This document shows, piece after piece, positions 56,176 through 64,000 of a stretch of 64,000 bases of DNA. The stretch comes from Lepidodermella squamata (lineage: Eukaryota; Animalia; Gastrotricha), in the NCBI GenBank assembly GCA_047495785.1, contig JBLDXI010000036.1, forward strand, positions 1,116,001-1,180,000, written 5' to 3'. The notes under the pieces are model-generated. The model saw only the letters and a list, made by a program, of their open reading frames with translations, made no database searches and was not told the DNA's origin. A program made the translations under genes and the position numbers. Positions within the stretch are counted from its first letter, which is position 1, and each line of letters opens with the position of its first letter.

Positions 56176-59100
56176 TGCTGTTTTATTTGAAAAAATAATT
56201 GCTTATGGTGTGAATGAGCTGAAAACCACCCGATATGAGTCCGTTTTTTCCTGGCTCGTGGCTCGTGCTTGATTTTGTTTTGAAAACATCATGTGTGTTC
56301 ATTGTCGTCATTAAAAAGCATGAAACGCAGTAGAAAAACAAGTGATCGAACTTGACCTGCCCAGACATGGACACTTTTTATTTTCCACGAATCCATTCAA
56401 ATTGCTCTTGTCACGGTCAGGGAAACGAATGCCCTAATTACAGCTACTTGAACTGTATTTATTTCCTAATAATCTGTGCCTAATGAAATATTCGGATCTT
56501 TCGATGGTGATGGTTCTTGTTTATGGAAAACTGGAAATAGGATGAAAATATAGAATAGAGTGGAATAGAGTGACAAAATTTAATTGAAATTGAAATTGAA
56601 ACGCAACTGCAACATGAACAATGCGCAATACCATTTCAAGCCCGAATCACTTGGTTCTTTTACCACATAGTGCCGCCGGCATTGCGTGGGGACTGATTTT
56701 TAAGAAACGACCTGATTTTATTAATTAACAGGGGTTCATATCTTCGAATTATTAATAAAACAATATTTCAAACCATGGAAAAATATAAAAAGGCTTCCGT
56801 ATTGGTTTTCACATCAATTTATTAATGAGAACTGGCGCGCAATCAGGTTTTTGGCTGGTGTTAGGCAGTAGTTCGTGTTGCCCGTGGGTTGGGCTCGTCA
56901 AGTTAACTTTCGGCTGTCTGGCAGTGTATTAGTGCTTATTTTAAGTTGCGGCATTGTATATTGATCAATTTTTGCTATTGTAGGCGGCAGTGGAGTGGTT
57001 AAGCAGCATATTTTTCAGATTATCAGTTAGATCGGCTTGTTGCTGGCTGTTCTTCTGCAACTCATGACTTTGAAGATGAGCAAGCGACCATGTTTTGGTC
57101 TGAATTAGGAGCGCTTTGCTGTGAATTGAAACTCCTTATATCCAGAACACCACTCGTTTTCATAAATTTCGGGAATTTCTCGCGGAGTTACTCTGATTCA
57201 CATTTTAGATGCTATTGGAGTTCACAGGTTAGAGATGGGGTTTAATGGATGCTCCTTGTTTATGTTGGCTTGGCATGAGAGTACTAGAATTTACTTTCTT
57301 AATGCTTTTCTGTCTAAGAATTCAATCTAATTTTGCCCTAGGGTCTCTTTGCTGTCTTTCTAAAACCGAAGTTACGGCGTCGATGCACTCGGGGACGTTA
57401 TGTGTTATGTGCATTTGATGCTGGTTGGAGTCTCGAGTGTGACATCATTTTCATCTTGAACTTCTTGATAACTGGTAATGGCGGTCCGCTAGGGTTGTAA
57501 TATCTCTAGGCTTCTCACTCTAGGATCGAATGAATGATAGAAAAATGTTAGGCAACATGTAAAGTTTGAAATGCTTCAGGCTGTTGCTGTTTGGGCTTTT
57601 GTGAGCTAGCGTGTTTGAATGCAAGGCGAGTGTGGATCAGGGTGGCGCTGCGTAAACACTCTGATTTAAGTTTGCACATTTAAGGTGACTAATAACTAGT
57701 AAGAATCCGACTTTAGGCCTTTCATTTCAAGTCAACTGAACTTTCATTAGTTTCGGTCATTAGCCAGATTATTTCCGAGTTGCTTATCTGGCAGCGCTAA
57801 CGATACTTATACATCCAAACTCACACTAGCTAATCACGAGTTGCGGATGGGTAGCTAAATAACTAACGCTTGAAGCCAACAAAGGAATGAAGAATTGGAT
57901 GCTATAACCAAGACTTGTTAAGAAATTTAACGATGGATTTGTTTCATTTTGACTTCCGCCTTGCTTTGAAATGTATGATGATTATTTACGAAATTCAGTC
58001 GTGAGGTTAAATTGCGTTAATGTCTCATGTATGTGTAGAGTGGTAATATCCATTTTTTTCTTAGAATTTATCGATCAAACTTCAAATGGCTAGTCAAAAG
58101 GAGAATACGATGCGACTGATACGATCTATACCTTGAGCAGTCGGCTGTTCAGGCGCTTGACTCGCGGCAGACTAAATCAAAGCAAGAGAACCCAAACCGA
58201 AGATACTGGGTGTGTTATTCAGCCATGACCAAAAATCGTACTTTTAGTGTTGAATTTCTTAAAAAATTGGAAAAAATATAATTGTTTTCAAGGGATCGGA
58301 GAACTCTTCTAGAAGATAGTTACGAAAATAACTCTATCGTGGATCTATATGAGCCAAAGTAAAATGGTTGAATCCAGGAGCGTGGTATGTTAACATTTCA
58401 ACTGTTGTTCAGCCGCAATATTATTATTCTGATTATTTTCTCAGGTAGTCTGAGATTATTGAGACAGTTTTGGTATCGATTTCGGCTCTGTCGAAAATAA
58501 ATTGGCGCAAGAGAAATATCGTCAATAATCGAGCTAAAATTCAACGTTGTCTTTGTTTGAATGTCGCAGTTCAACTGTTACTTATTGAATTTCTAAATAA
58601 TTTTTCGAGGTAAAAATGCCAATAAAATGTCGAAACCAAAAGTGTAATTTTTCTGTGAAAATCTGTTGAAATCCATCTTAATTATCGATCGAGTGGCTGT
58701 TGCTGATGACGAAGGATGGCCCACTGCTCTATATCTGACAGGCTTTCATTCATGCAGAGATTGAAGCAGAAGCTACAAATGGCGAAAATATTTCACTACC
58801 ACCAATAAAAAAGCCGGCCTTGGGACCGGTTCCGGGAAAAAACCGCGGAAGGCCTTTACAATGCTAGCATTGCCCTCAGGATTATATCCACGAATTAGCA
58901 CGCAAATAAGAAATATTGCGAACAAGCCCGCTATCGAAGGCGAAAATGTTAGAGCGAGAAGAAAGCCAGCAAATAAATTATATATTTTTCGCATATTTCT
59001 TCGCAGCCGAAATTTTAACCTGAGCAGCACAACTACAGCGTGTCCCATAAGTAAGGCACGCAAAGAAAATACACGGAAAAGGGCTCAGAAAATTTAAAAT

Positions 59101-61324
59101 GCGAGGCGAAGTCACGCCTCGTGGCCAGAAAATTCTTAGAAAAATTCAAAATATCCCACGTAATCAATTTTGCGTCACTCTAAGTGAGATTAAAAATTCC
59201 GGAGAAATTTGGCCCAACCCGGTAAAATACCGAAAATTACCGAACCAGTTACCATCGGGATTTTCCGGGATTTCTCCGGTAAATCTTTAATTTCTTCGGT
59301 TAAATCGCCGATAAAAGATGGAAATTCTCTCGGTAGGTTTAATTTAATAAAAGTAATGAATTTCCTACTAAAAGTTACCAAATTAAAGAATAGTTGCACA
59401 AATTCTGGGACACTCTGTATTTATCCACCTTAATATCGATTTCGTCGCCATAAAACATCATGAAATTGATATTTTCAAGCTTTCCTTATTGTTAAAATGG
59501 CTAATACAGGTTTTTGTACATTTCAAATCGGCCGCCTCAGGGCGGAAAAGTGAGCCGCATGATGAGACTTGCGCTGAGCTAAAAATTAGGTAAAAACAGC
59601 GACTGGTCGAGGGTCGAGGGTCGAGACCATGATTCGCCGTTTCACACCGTTTCCATAATATGGAGGTACAGCCATTGGCCGTGGCCCGTAATTTTGGGTT
59701 GGCGGAGTCTGGCGAAATTAATTTCAAAATTAATCAGAAAATGTTCTTCTTCTTCTGGCTGTAGGTCATAGTCAAAAAAGCCGAAATAGCAACAATAAAT
59801 CTGAAAAATTTGTTACCACGAAGCTGTAATTGAACGCTGATGCCTTCACTTGAGCGGCGTAAATATACATATTTAAACATATTTCCAGAGGTATTGTATC
59901 AGTCTCTAAAAATACGTGTAGTCCCAGTCTTTAAATTTCGCGTCGAAAATCTCACTCAGAAAAATCAGCACTGTTTGTGTGACAAGCTGGCATTTACTTT
60001 CTTTGAGTTTAATTTAAAAGCGATTAAGAGTCACGTGACTAGTGTGGCTGTATTAATGACGCAACAATGAAGGCAGGAGCCCTTCTAAACGGGGGGTCGT
60101 GATTTTTTTTGGACTTTTGCTTAAATAGAGGTGATTTTCTCGGTCAGTTTGTAAAATTTTCGAATTTTGAACATATCCTAAGATTCCTCTGCTCTTACAT
60201 TATAATATCACTTGGAAATAGCTTTAGAATGAATTTTACCATTAAAATGCTGGCGGAAATACCTGTTATATATGCCCATTTTGAGGATTGTTCTGGTTGC
60301 TTGTTGACCATTGTTAAGCGATTTTAGGCGATTTTAACCGGATTTTCGAGCCATATATGGCTGCTAGCAGTCGTAGCAACCAGATTGTCGAGAAAAAACG
60401 GTTGCCGAAGCATTAAAACTGGCAGAAATCTACCTTTTAGGTAAGTGAAAAAGCAATAAAAACTGCCTTTTTCACGCACAAATTTTCAATCTGTGCGCTG
60501 CCCATGTGTTTTTTTAATAATCGATGAGTGAGAATTTTGCACAATGCTATTTTGCGAGAAATTTTGCGCGAGGCCAATTATGGCAATTTTTTATATTTTA
60601 GATTTTGGAACATAGAATTTTGTATCAAATGCCTGATTTTACAAAATTTACTCACCAGGCAATTAATATCCTGTTATCAAAGGTATAGATCTACATTCCG
60701 ATAAATTTTCCTAGTTATTTCAAATTATCTATGCTTAATTGCAAATTTGAAATTGAATTTTTAATTTATTGATTTTTGAATTATTTTTATGAAATTCCTG
60801 AGTAACTTTCATTAATGTCCATCCTTTCGATATATATTTTTTTTTCAATGAATTTCAACTTTTGAAGCTATTCAGTATTGATTGCCAGCGACGCCCGAAA
60901 TTTTAGATGGTCTAATTAATTATTTTTATTTTTATAGCACGAAATTTATCAGCTTCGTCTCTAATATTCGTCTGACCTCAATGCCTATGGCATATCAAGT
61001 TTAGATCTAGATACCGCGATAATTTTTTACCTTGCCAATGCCAATGCCAATGCCAGGACGATTATCCGGAATGAAGCAGTTGATAGAATTTCAAACATGT
61101 TAGTTAGACCTATTAATTATTGTTCTATTTTATTGCGGTTTTTCGAAAAATTTCTATGGACATGATAAATTGCTTCAGCCTGCGACAGTTGCATTGCTTC
61201 GAGGTTTCACGTAAAATTAATTATTGCCATTCACGCCGGGGGCTTGAATTTTTACATGCTAATTTAGCAGAAATATTTTCGAAAGTTTTTGAAAAATAGC
61301 CTTTCATATTTCCACGTGGCTTTG

Positions 61325-62942
61325 CTGACATTCAACTTTCCCAATGCAAGTTTCCCAATGCAAGTTTACCAATGTGTAAAACTAACACGGGAGTGCACAC
61401 TTAGCTAATTCGCCGGGAGGCGCTATTTAATCCACTGAAAATATGCAAGTTTACCACCGAAAACACGTAAAAACATTTATATTCGCTGAGCAACCTTGCA
61501 TCGCAGGATTTTATTACGCAACTCGAGGTAAACAGAAGGAACAGCATCAATCAAACCTGGCGGTTCATATCATGCAAATAACACTCAAATTTAGTGAGCG
61601 TGCAAATAGCTAGTTTAATTACTGCGTCGTTGCTAATGAGAGGCGCGCGTTTTTTCGCGTATTTGGCCGTGATGTTTCTCATCGCCTCGTTGATACGCCT
61701 GTATTTCGCCTTCTGTTTCTTAATTTGTTGACCAGCTTCCTGTTGCAGTAGGTCACTGTCGGTCTCGCCCTCAATGGTGATAATCAGATCGCAGAAGCGC
61801 CAAAAGACAAGGTGACTACAACGCACGGCCCGGTTGTAGCGGCTGTTGTTGCCTTCAACGCCGTTGTTCGTACGTACGTCCTCCCCATAAACACACCATT
61901 CTTCTGGCGGTACAGTCTTCAACCACTGGTTACCCCAATAGTCACAGAAGTCGAGAATCATCTTGAAAACAGTTAACACCTCATACTTATGACCCTGACG
62001 TAGAGTATCCCGCTCTGAATTCGACTATTTTTGGGTTTTTCCTACTTTGCCAACCACGTGAAATTTTAGAAAATATTCGGCAAATACAGAATTATAGAGT
62101 AGTTTTGGGCTATCCAATTGACCTCTGGGTCATCGCTAGATTGAGAAACTGGCGATTTTGTATACAAAATTTGCCCAGGAAGCATTTTTAGATGTGTCGA
62201 ATAGGAACCCAGAAGTGCCGGAGTTGGGTCGCAGCGCCCGAACATAGGACGTGGCCGAATTATGGCATCTTATAGCAAATCAGGGGTTGAACAGAATTAC
62301 TGCGCGAAGTGCGAGCGCGAATTCGGCGATGGCCGCGGCATAGCTCAACACAAATGTACCAAGACAGCGTTTACGGACGTTGTTCACACGAACAACGGCG
62401 TGGAGGGCAATGACAGCCGCTACAACCGTGCCGCGCGTTGTTGTCACCTTGCCTTTTGGCGGTTTTGTCACCTTATCATCACCACCGAAGACCATATAGA
62501 TAGCGATTTGCTACTGCAAGAGGCCGGTCAGCAGATCAAGAAGCATACGGCGAGATACCGCCGAATCGACGCCGCTATCAAGAAAATTACGGCAAAATAC
62601 TCGAAGAAGCGCGCGGCTCTTATTAACGATGATGATGGCTGTTAAAAAATTAGCATTGAATACGCTTATTCGTTTTGAGTACTATTTTCATGACATGAAT
62701 CGCCTAGTATAATCGCCATAATAAGGTTAATGAATAGCGCAATAAAATGACACGATGCAAGCTTCCCCAATAATAAGCAATTTTGTTACTAATGGTTCTG
62801 GGTAAACTTGAATAAAATCTGCAGAGTGGGAAGCGGATTAGAAGGAAATGCGTGCGTAACTGCTCAATTGCATTTTGGAGTGAGTTTTACACATTGGTAA
62901 ACTTGCATTGGGAAACTTGCATTGGGAAAGTTGAAGACACCG
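61325..62942. mobile_element. MULE-like foldback element with transposase 3' fragments in both arms
   Basis: Inverted termini ttcaactttcccaatgcaagtttcccaatgcaagtttaccaatgtgtaaaact; ORFs 61551-61979 (-) and 62262-62645 (+) share TNNGVEG..RYNRA.RC.HL.FWRFC, a MULE-type C-terminal motif. Confidence 0.8.
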
Positions 62943-64000
62943 TTTTTGATCATTCAAACTTCATGTCATAGCTCATTCCATGGATAATTTCTGCTGCAAG
63001 TCGCCGCAGCTGACCAGGTCATTTGATGAGGCCCGTGACCTAATAATGCCGCCGTCGAAGGTGTAATAATCCGCGATCCGCGCGCTCGTTTTATTACTGC
63101 TCTTTTATCACTAATCAGGTCATGATTGAGAGTGTGCGTGTTTATAGAAAGAACCGATTTTCCTCTGTGGACCTCCTGCTATCAAATTTTAGCACCCGGA
63201 GATTTCCATTGAAATAATCAAATTTTATAATTTTTTGGAGTTTTTATTTGTTTGTTATTCCGGGCCACCAGACTAGAATTTAATTACTATTGGCAAACGT
63301 TTTTATTCCTTACCCTCACCTGTGGCTGCTCCAATTTTCGGCGTTATGTGTCTTTCATCGGTCACTGTTTGCCTGGCTCCTATTACATGGTACGTTTCAA
63401 CTTCTATTTCTGCAGGCTTGAGATGGCGGGATGAATCAAATTAAATCATTACCCATTTTGTTGAGTGACAAAATTTCCGAGCATTGCTTTTTTCCCGAAA
63501 ATATTGAGGCATTTTCGCCCCCATGGGAATTTTTAATGATAGCATCGAAATCTAATCGTTGTCGAATTCGTTTATTCTTCTGCAATTACCGGTGCACCCG
63601 AAGGAGCCCGTTTACTCACTTATTTCGCGATAGCTATAAATAAGGTATCAGGTACTTTGCATTATTGAAAAAGGTTTCACCGGTTCTTCGATTTTTTTTA
63701 CCAATTTTTCCAATTTCCCACCTATGTTCGTAATTCTATCATTTTGAGGAGTATTCAACCTATTGAATAGCCATTATGATATCAGGAAATTAGCGAGAGC
63801 GTTGTGTCATTTATGCGCCGATGATCACCTGCATTTTATTATTTTATTTCAATTTTCTTGTATTTTTTTTCTCGCATTCTCGCAATTTTTTGTTCTCGGA
63901 CCGCTTTGCTTATTTTTAGCGAGATCATTTTGTGATCATTGTGTCTCGGGGGTGGCGCAAGATCAGATTGTTCTCTATCTAGTTTCATGAAACCCCTGTT

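Noticed and set aside
56800-57950. Possible Penelope-like retroelement relic on the minus strand (KLYMLPNIF, NVPECIDAV)
   Set aside because: Only faint motif resemblance amid many stops; needs a tBLASTn/HMM search
58000-61300. Short ORFs and small palindromes upstream of A3
   Set aside because: No coding motifs, splice-consistent exons or definable TIR/TSD pairs; probably decayed repeats

Overview
Eukaryotic (invertebrate-animal-like) genomic DNA with short GT-AG introns (~45-60 nt) and many transposons; no prokaryotic features. The window holds a minus-strand tandem array of multi-exon paralogues encoding secreted proteins built as signal peptide + tandem ~45-aa four-cysteine modules + two Concanavalin-A-like/LamG (pentraxin-type) domains. 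A-type genes have 6 modules: A3 (39202-56175), A2 (30750-37925, frameshifted) and A1 (1163-2826, 4 modules only, no LamG). B-type genes have 12 modules: B2 (23304-28059) and B1 (11030-16920). Two chimeric or collapsed relics lie among them. A very young full-length Ty3/Gypsy element (41938-49078; LTRs identical by eye; 5-bp TSD) sits in a coding exon of A3. Its TG...CA ends plus the G...G target duplication create a GT...AG intron whose removal would restore the frame with one extra Val. The element also carries a -1 frameshift heptamer, an LQDD RT motif, a non-env third ORF with a CCHC knuckle behind a splice acceptor, and a leader array of six hairpin repeats with covarying stems. The rest is LINE relics, MULE transposase relics, many MITEs/foldback elements and a decayed carbohydrate sulfotransferase. 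All gene models were assembled by eye from splice signals and paralogue comparison; no database searches were run.
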